Shown here: positions 40,246 to 49,729 of the stretch, piece by piece
Layout: every line of letters starts with the position of its first letter
Position numbering within the stretch: position 1 is the stretch's first letter
NCBI GenBank assembly: GCA_041690135.1
Contig: JAWLHY010000001.1
Coordinates: 1,056,001 to 1,120,000 of the forward strand
Reading direction: 5' to 3'
Origin: Armatimonadota bacterium
GTDB lineage: Bacteria > Armatimonadota > SYMT01
Length of the DNA: 64,000 bases
Position numbers and translations under genes: made by a program
Notes under the pieces: model-generated
The model's input: the letters and a program-made list of their open reading frames with translations, nothing else
What the model was told of the DNA's origin: nothing
Databases searched by the model: none

Positions 40246-40574
40246 CTCGCCTTCAACTTGCCCTGGTTGGCGGTGGCGCCGACGCTGCCCGTCGGGTTGC
40301 CGTCAGTGCTCCCGCCAATCGTGTCCTCCAGCATCACCCCGCGCCCTCCCACCTTCAGCTTCGATGCGGCCCCGGAGACCGAGGCCACCGAGGAACATGG
40401 CTTGGTCTTGTCGGACTGCGCGGTGGAGCAGCCGCTCACGCCTTTTCCCTGAATACCTTCCGCCAGCAGCACCGGCCGGCCGCTTACAGTCAGCTTCCCG
40501 TTCCCCGTCACCGCCACGCTCCCAGGCGAATGCCCGCAGGTCACGCGGCTGGATTCGGTCAGCACCTTGCCCAT
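40242..40574 (-). CDS. PAAR-like spike tip protein
   Basis: 110 aa; VLT....TCGH.PG, KL.VSGRPVL, GCS, PCS, KLKVGGRGV.L, V...Q.KL; directly after the spike gene. Confidence 0.7.
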   Translation of the reverse strand: MGKVLTESSRVTCGHSPGSVAVTGNGKLTVSGRPVLLAEGIQGKGVSGCSTAQSDKTKPCSSVASVSGAASKLKVGGRGVMLEDTIGGSTDGNPTGSVGATANQGKLKAR

Positions 40575-40582
40575 GGCTCTCC

Positions 40583-42586
40583 TCAGCTCACGTCCATGGA
40601 GCCGGAAACCGTGACTTTCACGTTCGCGGCGTCCATTTTGATGTCGCCTCCCGCCTTCAATTCGAGGTCCTGCGCCGCCTCGATCAACACCGTGCCGTCC
40701 TGCTTCACCACGATCCGGGCGCCGCTGGAGTGCTCGATGGTGACCCCGTCCGTCTCCCCGCGGGCCGGGCGCGTCCCCGCGCTGCCGAGCGTGTCCCGGC
40801 CAACGCGGACCGTCAACTCCCCCACCTCGATCACCCGGTTGCCGTCCGCATCGGTCAGGTCATTTGTGACCTTGCCGGTGTGCTCGGCCGGGACGGTATC
40901 CTCCGCGAGCGTGGAGCGCTGTTGCTCCGGCACGCCCACCGGCAGGCTCAGCCACCAGTCGCCCGGCTGCGAATCGGGTCCGTGCCCCGACTCCCACACC
41001 GCGCCGATCTCGATCGGGTCGTCGCGGCGGCCGCCGCGGTGCGTCACCACCACCCGGGTGCCGGGATAGCGGGGCAACACCAGGCCGCACCGCCCCCAGG
41101 CGAACGGAGTGGCATACGGTACGCCGGTGGCCGGTCCGGGGCTGGGCCGCTGGACCGCGAGACGGTGCGCCTGGCCGGACCGGCCGTCCCCCGGCTGGAG
41201 ACCACGCCACACAGTTACCGTCTGCGCGGGGGGCTCCTCCGCGCCCTGGGTGGTCATGCCCCGCACCTCCCCCACCTCCGTGGGGCTGGCGTTGTCCGTC
41301 TCGCGGCGCGCGGCGCGCAGCACGGCGCGGGCGGCCTCCGTCTCCGGGCTCGCGCTCGCGCCCAGGATCTCGGCTCCCGCCGGAGCGCGGCTCGCCGGCG
41401 TGTGGCAGTCCCAGGCGTCCTCGGCGCCGGTCACCTCCACTCCCGTGAGCACCGTCGCGAAGGCGCTGGTCCGGCCGAGCCGGTGCTGCACGGATTGCAC
41501 GTACAGTTGCACCGGGTGGATGATCTCGGCGGTAGGAAGAAGGGGGCTGGAGAGCAGGTCCCCCAGCGCGCCGAGCGCCCCGGCGGTGGTGGTGGAAACG
41601 TCCTCCGGCGGGAGGTCGAACTCGATCAGGTCCCCCGGCTTCAGATCGGGCCGGCCTTTCAGAGTGAGCCGGAACTGCCGCCGCACCGGCGGAGCGCCTC
41701 CGGTGGACGTGTCGAAGTTCGGGTCCGTCGGCACGGGCTCCAGCGCCTCGGTTTCGATGAGGCCCTGCAAGAACGTCACGGGCCGCACTTCGCCCTCCAG
41801 CGGGACCGGCCGCACCCCCAGGTGCAGCACGCCGGAGCGGATCAGCAGGAGCCCCCTTCCATGGCAGCCGCTTTCCGCCTCCATCGCGGCGGCGAGGTCC
41901 CGCAGCGTGTCCAGCACCGTCCGCCCGGCCTCCAGTTCCCGCCGCTCGCTGGCGGGAGGTCCCGCGGTCGGGGGGCAGGCCGGATTGGGAGTGACCCCGT
42001 GGAAGACGTAATCCGCCTCTTTCCGCAGACGCGCGGGGCCCTGCAGGAGCTGGTCCAGCGCCATCTCCAGGGTGTCCCCCGTTACCGCCTGGGGGAGGCG
42101 CGTCCGCTCCGCCAGGTCGAAGAGGCGCTCTCGGGCGGTAATTACGGTCTCATACCGGCGGGAGCCGAGACGGCGGGTGACGGACTGGATCCGCAGCACC
42201 GCCAGCAGCGCCTCGGGAATGTCTTTCCCGCTCAGGCCGAACGCGTCGGTCAGCCCCGACAGGTTCTTCAGGTAGCCGAGCACGCTGGAGTTGGTATCCC
42301 GCCAGAACAGGTAGAGGCGCACGACCGTGGGGGAGTCCGGCTTCCCCTGGGCGATGGCGGCGTAGTGCGCGTCCGTGAGCCCTTCGACGGTAAAGGTGTA
42401 GGCTCCCCCTTCCAGGCCGCCCGGCAGGGTTGCCTGGATTTCCGCGTAATAGTCGTTCCGGCTGATCTCCAGGATCGGCTTGTCGTCGACCGTTCCGTCC
42501 TCCCGCTCGCGGTGAAAGGAGAGCAGCCAGCCCGCGTCGTTCCCGGGGCGCACTTCGCCGGTCAGGGTGGCCGGAGAGAGACTCAT
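40583..42586 (-). CDS. VgrG-like fused baseplate hub (gp27/gp44-like) and spike (gp5/gpV OB-fold plus beta-helix)
   Basis: KGRPDLKPGDLIEF..YVQSVQH (hub C-terminus); VPYATPFA..CGLVLPRYPGTRVVV.H.GG...DPI.IGAVW (OB-fold); terminal beta repeats; MSLSP start overlaps the upstream stop. Confidence 0.8.
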   Translation of the reverse strand: MSLSPATLTGEVRPGNDAGWLLSFHREREDGTVDDKPILEISRNDYYAEIQATLPGGLEGGAYTFTVEGLTDAHYAAIAQGKPDSPTVVRLYLFWRDTNSSVLGYLKNLSGLTDAFGLSGKDIPEALLAVLRIQSVTRRLGSRRYETVITARERLFDLAERTRLPQAVTGDTLEMALDQLLQGPARLRKEADYVFHGVTPNPACPPTAGPPASERRELEAGRTVLDTLRDLAAAMEAESGCHGRGLLLIRSGVLHLGVRPVPLEGEVRPVTFLQGLIETEALEPVPTDPNFDTSTGGAPPVRRQFRLTLKGRPDLKPGDLIEFDLPPEDVSTTTAGALGALGDLLSSPLLPTAEIIHPVQLYVQSVQHRLGRTSAFATVLTGVEVTGAEDAWDCHTPASRAPAGAEILGASASPETEAARAVLRAARRETDNASPTEVGEVRGMTTQGAEEPPAQTVTVWRGLQPGDGRSGQAHRLAVQRPSPGPATGVPYATPFAWGRCGLVLPRYPGTRVVVTHRGGRRDDPIEIGAVWESGHGPDSQPGDWWLSLPVGVPEQQRSTLAEDTVPAEHTGKVTNDLTDADGNRVIEVGELTVRVGRDTLGSAGTRPARGETDGVTIEHSSGARIVVKQDGTVLIEAAQDLELKAGGDIKMDAANVKVTVSGSMDVS

Positions 42587-43218
42587 CGCCGCACCCCTTT
42601 CTTGATCTTGAACCGGGCCAGCCGTTTCGGCTGCGTGAGACCCAGCAGCGACTCCGTCTTGAACTTCGCTTCCAGCCGGGGGACGACGTTCGGGTTGGGC
42701 GGTGGGGTGGAGAAGCGCTCCACGGCCCGGTCGGCGTAGCGCCACGCCAGTGCGATCCGCGAGCCGAAGTCTCCCGCCCCCCGCATGCTTCCCGCCCGGA
42801 GATCCCAGGAGAGGATCACCACTTCCACCCGGGCGCCGGAGTCCGGCAGTCCCGCGTCCGGAAGGCACCGCCGCAGCCCCGGCACCAGCGGCACCGAGGC
42901 GAGGGTCCGTGTCCCGGAGCGCAGCAGTAGCCGCGCAGGCGGGCGCTCCACGCTCCCGACCGGATCGTCGATCCCCGCTTCCACGGGAGCCAGTCCCTCG
43001 TCACTCCGGCTGACGATCGCCTCGGGGTCCGCGTCCCGCCAGCTCTTCGCGAGTCCGGTCGGCACCAGGAGCACCAGGCGCGTCTCGGGGTCCAGGCGAA
43101 TCGCGTGCGGCAGGCCGTTCAGGATTCGCTCATCCACGACGGTGAACCCTTCCGGAGCAGCCGGTGCGCTCTCGGGAACCAGGTAGTGCTGCACGGGGAT
43201 GCGTCCGAACTCCGGCAT
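42583..43218 (-). CDS. Hypothetical tail-operon protein
   Basis: MPEFGRIP start overlaps the upstream stop; stop overlaps the VgrG-like start. Confidence 0.6.
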   Translation of the reverse strand: MPEFGRIPVQHYLVPESAPAAPEGFTVVDERILNGLPHAIRLDPETRLVLLVPTGLAKSWRDADPEAIVSRSDEGLAPVEAGIDDPVGSVERPPARLLLRSGTRTLASVPLVPGLRRCLPDAGLPDSGARVEVVILSWDLRAGSMRGAGDFGSRIALAWRYADRAVERFSTPPPNPNVVPRLEAKFKTESLLGLTQPKRLARFKIKKGVRR

Positions 43219-43718
43219 CAGTTTCCTCCCCAATCGGCCAACGCCCCGACCCCGATACTGGCGACATCCAACAACTTGCCGAGCGCCCCCGGCAGCGGCA
43301 TGTGCACGAGCGAGATCGAGACGTCGATCGCGTCCCGCTTCGCCGCGGAGGCGCTGAAGGAGAGGCTCTGGACCTGCATGTCCGTGCGGATCGTCATCGA
43401 GGTCACCACGATCAGGCCGGAAACCGCGCCTCCGGAGAGCGCCGCGACCGCCCCACCCCGGCGGCTGGTCTCCGCGAGCAGCTCCAGGGCCTGCTTCCAG
43501 GCGTAGCGCTCCGTGCCTACCAGCACGCCCGTCAGGGAGAGCGTGTCGTCGTGCGTTGCGACCACGGCGCGCGCGCCGGAAGAGCCGATTGGCGGCAGGT
43601 GATAGGTTTCGCTGAGGCTCATCGACGTTACCGCCCAGAGGGGGACGGTCACGAGCCCGTCCGAGAGGATCACGGAAGGCACCGCGAGGTATTTCTGAAA
43701 GCTGCTGGTGAGAGCCAT
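43218..43718 (-). CDS. Tube-initiator-like protein (Mu gpN N-domain / P2 gpU position)
   Basis: beta-rich: SMSLSETYHLPPIG, TLSLTGVL, VVTS....DMQVQSLSFS, IDVSISLV; sits between the tape-measure slot and the hub. Confidence 0.5.
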   Translation of the reverse strand: MALTSSFQKYLAVPSVILSDGLVTVPLWAVTSMSLSETYHLPPIGSSGARAVVATHDDTLSLTGVLVGTERYAWKQALELLAETSRRGGAVAALSGGAVSGLIVVTSMTIRTDMQVQSLSFSASAAKRDAIDVSISLVHMPLPGALGKLLDVASIGVGALADWGGN

Positions 43719-43721
43719 GGC

Positions 43722-46700
43722 TTAGAAGAACTGCACGATCTCGTCGAAAAACTTCTCGAACTCGTCCAGGAGCGCGGTCCGGTCCGGCCGGGAGAGGATC
43801 TCTGGGCGGTCGAACGCCTGCCGCAGGATCCGCCGCAGCTCGTCCCGCACGGGCTGCAGCTCCGTCTGGGAGTAGCGCGTGCCATCCGGGTGTGACGGCC
43901 AGCGGATGAACCACTTCAGCCGGGCGAGTGTGCGGAAAGGCTTGGGGGGCGGGTCCGCCGCGTGGATCCGCAGGTCTTTCGAGAACTGGTGGACCGCTTT
44001 CCCGGTCTCCAGGATGGTGATATCCACCACCTCCTTGATCTCGACCCGCAGGTACCCCAGCGGCTCCAACGAAGGGAGGTTCAGACGGACGTCCACTTCC
44101 CGTGCCAGCCCGCCGGGACCGGAAACCGGCTCCTCGAAGCGCACCGTCGCGCCGGGGTAGGTCTTCAGCAGGTCGAACGCGGCGCGCAGGGAAGCGAGGC
44201 CGGCGATCTTCAGGTTCGCCGAGGGGCTTCCCAGGTAGGTGATCACCCCATCCAGCCCGCCGGTGGTGTGCGGCTCCACTTCTCGGATCCAGCGGAGGAT
44301 CTCCCGCCCCGTTCGGGCATCGTAGCCGGTGAGGATCGTGGTGACGGAGACCACGGTTTGCCGGCCCCGCAGCTTCGCGATCAACTCGATCGTCTTCACA
44401 TCCTCGGGGGTGAGGTCGCGGAGCCGGGCGAGCATCGCCCGGACGCTAAGGCCTCCGTAGGTGGAGGTGGTGTCCAGGAGACGCGCCAGTGTCTTCGGAG
44501 TCCCGCCCGCGTCGAGGTAGTGGAGGAGACCGCGGAACTGGTCCGCGTGCGACGCCTGCAGATAGCGCCGGATGCCGGCCAGGATCAGCCGGGTGCTTTC
44601 CCGGTCGGTGGAGGCCGCCGTGATCAGCCGTAGCTCCAGCTCCGGCACGGCACTCTGCTGTCGGAGGATCTGGAGACCCTGACGCGAGTAGGTCCGGGGG
44701 GACGCCTCCGCCACCTCGTCCAGCGCCGGCGGGAGCAGGAGCGCCCGGCCCGGAAGCAGCCGGTAGGGAGCGGTGCCGGCCGGCCCCTGCAGGAGCAGGA
44801 TCCCGCTCCCTTCATCGGTGACACGGTAGCCGGCTTTGGTGAGGCGGCTCATCAGGTGGGTGCGGCCGAGGGACGGATCGAACGGGTTGTACTCGTAGCT
44901 GCGCGCGCCCACCGGGACCAGACCGGACCCCAACACCGCGTCGGGCGGGGGCAGGAGCTTGACCGTCGGCGCCCACTCCGCCGCTGCCACCGCTTCGGCG
45001 AACCGGGCCGCCAGCTCCTGCATCTCCTTCACCTGTCCGCGGGTCAGCCCGAGCTGGGCCAGCAGGTCGTCGCTGAAGTCGGCGCTCGCCATCCGCTTGC
45101 AGACCGCCTCCAGCTCCCGGTAGATCCTTGCCTGGCGAGACTGAGCGCTGGCGAATTGCTCCTTCGAGGGTCCTCCCGCCTTCAGGATCGCCTCCATCTC
45201 CGCTCGGAGCAGGAGTTGCTCTTCGTGCAGCGTCATCAGCCTGGCGAGGGTCTCGGTCTGCGCCTCTCGCCGGAGCACCTCCAGCGCCTTCGGACCGGCG
45301 ATCAGCGCCACGATCGCGTGCAGCATCAGGCTGGCCACGACGAACGTCTCCGTCCCTTCCGGCAGCTCCCCCGCCTCCAGGGTGCTCAGCAGCACCGGCA
45401 CGCCGGTCCCGATCACCGCGGTCGAACCGAAGATGAAGACGAGCTGGGCCAGCGCCTTCTGCGGGAAGAGGGCCTTCGCCCCGGCCGAGAGCCCGGCGCC
45501 GAGGACCCGGAACGCGCCAAACAGCGCGACGTTGGTGGTGAACTCCTCGACCACCTCTCCGGGTCCGATCGACTTGTCCAGGACCAGCGCCTGCCCGGCC
45601 AGGTGGACCGTGGTGAAGGCGGCTGCCTCCGCGAGCAGGGTAACGAGGGTGCCAGCCCGGAGGACCGCGAGGCCGCCGCCCACCCCGAGGGTCACCACCA
45701 CGGCCACCAGAGTGATGCCCAGGTTGATCCAAAACTCGCGCCGGGCGCGTCGCTGCATCTCCCCCTGGATCGCCTCCAACTGGTGGACCCAGGTCTCCAG
45801 GCGCGAGCCGATGGTGTTGAAATCCGGATTGGGGAATTCCCGCTCCAGGGCCGCCTCGATCGCGTAAATCCGGTCGAACCAATCTTTCCGCATCGCCCGC
45901 GTACCCAGGTCGTTCGGGTAGCGGATGGGGTCCGTCAGGTCCCGTGCGCCCTGCCACACCGAGACGAGAGAGAGGCGCACCAGCAGCAATGACAACTGCT
46001 CCTCCACGGCTGAGACGGCGGAGAGGTACGCCACGCCGCGCGGCTGCGCCTGCGTGATGCCTAGCTCTTTCTCCAGGGAAGCGAAGAAATCCCGGGTCTG
46101 CCGCAGGTGACGATTGTAGCGGTGGTCCTCCGGCGAGTAGTAGCCGTAGTGGGCCGACTCGTGTAGCCCCCGGAGCCGGGTGCCGAGCTCGTCTAGCGCC
46201 TTCCGGACATTCTCCCACTTGCGGTCCGCTGCCCTGGCCGGCCAGCCGTCGAACGCGGTCTGCGCATCCGTCTTGAGGTCCGCGGCGATCGCGGCGTCCG
46301 GAAACGAGAAATCGACGATCTGCCGCAGCAGCTGGGAGCGTGTTTCCCGGAGTGCCCACACTTCCTCCAGTTGATCCAGGGTTTGCTCGCCGTAAATCAG
46401 CCGGAAGAGGGAGATGAAGTCGTCGATCTGCCGCACGTGCTCCAGCGTGCCGGCGATCCAGGCGTAGTTCTCGATCAGGTCGCGCTGGAGGTCGTAAAGG
46501 AGGGAGCGCCCGTACGCGTTCCCGGCCAGGATCGCGAAGATCCCGGAGATCCTCCTGTACCCGTTGGTGATGGCGGTGATCACGGGTAGCTCCGCCTTGC
46601 TCTCGCTGCTCGCTTCCAGGTAGCGGATCAGGTCGCGTCGGACCGCGATCACCGCCTCTACCAGGTCGAGGAGCGCCCGGGTGCCCCGGCTCGCTTCTTC

Positions 46701-47582
46701 CCACTCCTTCAGCAGCGCCGCCGCCTCCGGGATCCGCCGCGCCACGGTCACGATCGCCGCCGCCAGATCGAGGTCCGGGAAGAGGGAGACGTCGAGATAG
46801 AGCTGGGTTTGCGCCCGCATGAGTGAAGCGGCGATCTGGCTTGCACGCGTCTTCAGCAGCGCGCGGAGGCGCTCGCGGAACTTGCGCGCATCCTTCCGGG
46901 CCAGGTCGGCCAGCGCGCTTAGCGCCGCCTCCGTGGGAGGGGACCCGTCCGGGCGGATGGCACGGAGCACCAGGACCAGCGCGGTATCGTCGCCCGCGTA
47001 GAACTCGTCCAGAACGTCCGCCAGCGCGATGCTTCGTTCGGACACGTTCGAGGATGCCAGCCGCCGGGCCACGTCGACCGCGTCGATCGGAGGCTGCGGA
47101 TCCGGAAGGGCCAGGTCCGCGCCGGGCGGCGCGGAGAACGGGTCGCGCGCCAGGGGTACGTCCACCGGCCGACCGGCGTCCTCGTATTCCGGGATCGTGT
47201 AACGATGCCGGGTGAGCCGGAGCCGGTCCGCGCGCTCCGCCGGGTCTGGTGGGAGCGGCTCCGGCACCTCGCGCCCGTCGACCGCCGTCTCGAGCAGCCC
47301 CGCACCCTCCACGGCGCGCCGGAGCGCTCTCGCGAGTCGCGCCTCGATCTCCGCGCGCTGGGATCGGGGCACCGCATGGAGGCCGTCGCCACGCCATGTG
47401 AACTCCGGCGCCCCGAGGCAGACCCGCGCGTATCCCCCGCGCTCCCGGAGCACCACCTCCCGGGAATTCGCGAGCGCGCGGGCCGCGGCCGTTTCGAGTG
47501 CCTCTTCCAGGCACTCGCGCCGCTCCGTCAGCGCCCGCGCGTCCACCCGGATGCGCGTGGGGATCCGCACCTGCACCGGCAT
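43722..47582 (-). CDS. 1286-aa putative toxin/effector: helical N-terminus, multi-pass hydrophobic region, C-terminal PD-(D/E)xK nuclease-like domain
   Basis: Hydrophobic helices about 45290-45735; C-terminal FEE...REVDV...VEIKE...QFSKD. Confidence 0.65.
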   Translation of the reverse strand: MPVQVRIPTRIRVDARALTERRECLEEALETAAARALANSREVVLRERGGYARVCLGAPEFTWRGDGLHAVPRSQRAEIEARLARALRRAVEGAGLLETAVDGREVPEPLPPDPAERADRLRLTRHRYTIPEYEDAGRPVDVPLARDPFSAPPGADLALPDPQPPIDAVDVARRLASSNVSERSIALADVLDEFYAGDDTALVLVLRAIRPDGSPPTEAALSALADLARKDARKFRERLRALLKTRASQIAASLMRAQTQLYLDVSLFPDLDLAAAIVTVARRIPEAAALLKEWEEASRGTRALLDLVEAVIAVRRDLIRYLEASSESKAELPVITAITNGYRRISGIFAILAGNAYGRSLLYDLQRDLIENYAWIAGTLEHVRQIDDFISLFRLIYGEQTLDQLEEVWALRETRSQLLRQIVDFSFPDAAIAADLKTDAQTAFDGWPARAADRKWENVRKALDELGTRLRGLHESAHYGYYSPEDHRYNRHLRQTRDFFASLEKELGITQAQPRGVAYLSAVSAVEEQLSLLLVRLSLVSVWQGARDLTDPIRYPNDLGTRAMRKDWFDRIYAIEAALEREFPNPDFNTIGSRLETWVHQLEAIQGEMQRRARREFWINLGITLVAVVVTLGVGGGLAVLRAGTLVTLLAEAAAFTTVHLAGQALVLDKSIGPGEVVEEFTTNVALFGAFRVLGAGLSAGAKALFPQKALAQLVFIFGSTAVIGTGVPVLLSTLEAGELPEGTETFVVASLMLHAIVALIAGPKALEVLRREAQTETLARLMTLHEEQLLLRAEMEAILKAGGPSKEQFASAQSRQARIYRELEAVCKRMASADFSDDLLAQLGLTRGQVKEMQELAARFAEAVAAAEWAPTVKLLPPPDAVLGSGLVPVGARSYEYNPFDPSLGRTHLMSRLTKAGYRVTDEGSGILLLQGPAGTAPYRLLPGRALLLPPALDEVAEASPRTYSRQGLQILRQQSAVPELELRLITAASTDRESTRLILAGIRRYLQASHADQFRGLLHYLDAGGTPKTLARLLDTTSTYGGLSVRAMLARLRDLTPEDVKTIELIAKLRGRQTVVSVTTILTGYDARTGREILRWIREVEPHTTGGLDGVITYLGSPSANLKIAGLASLRAAFDLLKTYPGATVRFEEPVSGPGGLAREVDVRLNLPSLEPLGYLRVEIKEVVDITILETGKAVHQFSKDLRIHAADPPPKPFRTLARLKWFIRWPSHPDGTRYSQTELQPVRDELRRILRQAFDRPEILSRPDRTALLDEFEKFFDEIVQFF

Positions 47583-47585
47583 CGA

Positions 47586-47861
47586 CTACACGTTCTCCAT
47601 CCCCTGCGCCAGGCGCCGCAGGGTTTCCTGGATGATCGTCTCCGGGTCGATCGGGTCCGGCGCCGCCCGCACCTCGATCTCCACCGGGAAGAGGTACTGG
47701 ATCACGGCCTGCTGGTCTTCCAGCACCCGCTCCGCCTGCGCCTCGCTGCCGGCCGCGGGGAGGATGAGCTCCCCCTCGTGGACGAGCGCGATACCCGTGC
47801 GGCGCACCCGCGCGGCCCGTCGTTCCCCGTCCCCGTTTCCGTCCGCGTCTCTAATCGGCAC
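47586..47861 (-). CDS. 91-aa protein with tape-measure C-terminal-like motif
   Basis: RVRRTGIALVHEGELILP; GAGG RBS; tightly spaced in the operon. Confidence 0.55.
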   Translation of the reverse strand: MPIRDADGNGDGERRAARVRRTGIALVHEGELILPAAGSEAQAERVLEDQQAVIQYLFPVEIEVRAAPDPIDPETIIQETLRRLAQGMENV

Positions 47862-47885
47862 CTCGGCGCTCCTCCCCGCGTCCGG

Positions 47886-48323
47886 TTACGGGATCGAGAC
47901 GGCGGCGCCGCTCTTCGGCTCCGCGGACGCGGCCAAGCTGAAGCCGGAGAAGGTCGCGCTCGGCGCGCCGGAAATACTGGCGGAAGTGGGCGTGGCGCTG
48001 GTGATGATGCACTCCTTCATCACCACCGTTTTGAAGGCCCAGTCGTCCCCGCCATCACTCTCCTGCAGCAGGATGTCGAACCGCTTCCCCTGCAGGGCGA
48101 GGGCTGTCAGCTTGGCCGCGGCGTCCCCGATCGCCTTCACGGTCATCGAAAAGGAGATCGCCTGCGGAGAGTAGACGACGCCGATGTGCGTCTGCTCCAG
48201 GGAGTGCAGCACCTCCGCGTTCAGGGAGAAGGAAGGCGAAAAAGAGTCGATGGGCGTCACGTTGACCGTGTTGCCGTCTTCGTCCGTGTAGGAGACGGCC
48301 AGGCGGGTTTTCCAATCAGGCAT
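47886..48323 (-). CDS. Tail tube protein (putative)
   Basis: 145 aa, beta-rich, directly after the sheath; IDSFSPS, ISFSMTVK, FDILLQE, W..KTVVMKECIITSA.P...P.ATFSG. Confidence 0.7.
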   Translation of the reverse strand: MPDWKTRLAVSYTDEDGNTVNVTPIDSFSPSFSLNAEVLHSLEQTHIGVVYSPQAISFSMTVKAIGDAAAKLTALALQGKRFDILLQESDGGDDWAFKTVVMKECIITSATPTSASISGAPSATFSGFSLAASAEPKSGAAVSIP

Positions 48324-48401
48324 GGTCGATCACTCCGACCGGAGGCCGGGAACAGCCTCCGGTCCGCAGTCCGGATGCCGCGGGCTCTCCCCGCGAGCGG
48401 T

Positions 48402-49580
48402 TTAGAAGCTGAGGGCCAGGTTCACCACCAGGCGGTGTACGGCCGGTCCGTACTTGACGGACACGTTCAGATCCACCAACCGGTTGGCCCGGGCCGTGGT
48501 GACGATGCTGTTGTCCGTCGGGGTGCGCGCGCTCTCGGGGATGTTGAGGATGTTCAGGACCGGGATATCCACGGAGTAGCTGTCGATCACTGCGCTCCGC
48601 TGCAGCGGCCCCAGGATCCCCTCCACGCGCGTTTTTACCTGGGTGAGGCCGGCGCGGGTGATGCGCGCGTCGCCCACCAGCCCGATCAGCCCGGCCTTCA
48701 GGCGGAAGTCGATGTCGTCCAGGGTGCGAACCAGGTCGATGTAGAGCAGGCTCGCGTCCGTGGTGAAGGCGCGACCTTCCGCGAAATGGAGGCTCTCCCC
48801 CACGATCAGGTCCGGATCGATGATCGGGAGGATGTTCTCTTCCGACAGCCCGATGATCTCGGAAGGGCTGTACTGGCTCTCCACCGGCATGCTGAGGTCC
48901 CGGATCTTCTTGAGCACGATAGAGACGTGCGGGGGGAAGCCCGCCATGGCCGCCATCGCGGCGGTAGCCGCGTCCCCGGTGGCGCCGCGGGCCGCGACCA
49001 CGACCATCCGGCTGGAGGAGCTTTTCAGCGGGCCCATCGCGGCCTTGACCGTGTCCAGGTACGTGGCGGACTTGGCGGTCGCCGGGTCGACCATCGCCAC
49101 CCCGATCCGCTTCAGCCCGCCGGCCGACATGGCCTCCACATGTGCCTTTAGAGCCGTCAGGTTGGTCGCCGGAGTGGTGCCCGTGGCCGCCGCCCCCACG
49201 CTCACCTCGTTGGCCAGGGAAACGAAGTTGACGTCGTCCGCGGCTTCCAGGGAGGCGAGCGCGGCGGCGTAATTGTCCCCATCTACCCGCACGCCATAGA
49301 TCTTGGACGGACCGGGATTCTGCGCCAGCGCCAGCTTGAGCGACTGATAGAGAACGGTCTCCGCCACCGTGCCGTCCGTGTTCCGTTTCGCGAACAGGTC
49401 CGCCGCCTGATCGAGCGTGTCCACCCGCAGCGGCTTGTTTACCGGGGCGGTGCCGCCGTCCGCGCCCGCCGGCGTCTTGCCGACCACGGCGATCACCCCG
49501 GTCGCGCGCTGCGCCACGGGCACCAGCCCCGAGGTATCGATCTTGACCTCCACGAAGGGGTAGGCTGCTGCAACTGCCAT
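48402..49580 (-). CDS. Contractile tail sheath protein
   Basis: YPFVEVKID..L.P....GVIAVVG N-terminus; YAAALASLE; YIDLVRTLDDI...IT..GL.QVK..VE..L..L....ID...R..RLVDLNVSV....AVHRLVVNL C-terminal sheath domain. Confidence 0.85.
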   Translation of the reverse strand: MAVAAAYPFVEVKIDTSGLVPVAQRATGVIAVVGKTPAGADGGTAPVNKPLRVDTLDQAADLFAKRNTDGTVAETVLYQSLKLALAQNPGPSKIYGVRVDGDNYAAALASLEAADDVNFVSLANEVSVGAAATGTTPATNLTALKAHVEAMSAGGLKRIGVAMVDPATAKSATYLDTVKAAMGPLKSSSSRMVVVAARGATGDAATAAMAAMAGFPPHVSIVLKKIRDLSMPVESQYSPSEIIGLSEENILPIIDPDLIVGESLHFAEGRAFTTDASLLYIDLVRTLDDIDFRLKAGLIGLVGDARITRAGLTQVKTRVEGILGPLQRSAVIDSYSVDIPVLNILNIPESARTPTDNSIVTTARANRLVDLNVSVKYGPAVHRLVVNLALSF

Positions 49581-49729
49581 CGTTTTCTCCTCGCGAAGCC
49601 GGGGAAGCGGCTTCCGTGCGTGTCGATCTGTTCCCGCCCGGCCGGATCCGTCCCCGGCGAGGGCCGCGGGACACCCACTTGATGGTGAGAGCGTGCCGGC
49701 GCACTCTCACCACGCACTGTTACTCCGGG

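Noticed and set aside
35824-42739. Long plus-strand ORFs of 872, 455 and 947 aa
   Set aside because: Antisense shadows of the baseplate genes in GC-rich DNA; Arg/Gly/Pro-rich with no motifs
44812-47514. 900-aa alternative-frame ORF within the effector gene
   Set aside because: Low-complexity Arg/Gly/Pro translation typical of off-frame high-GC sequence
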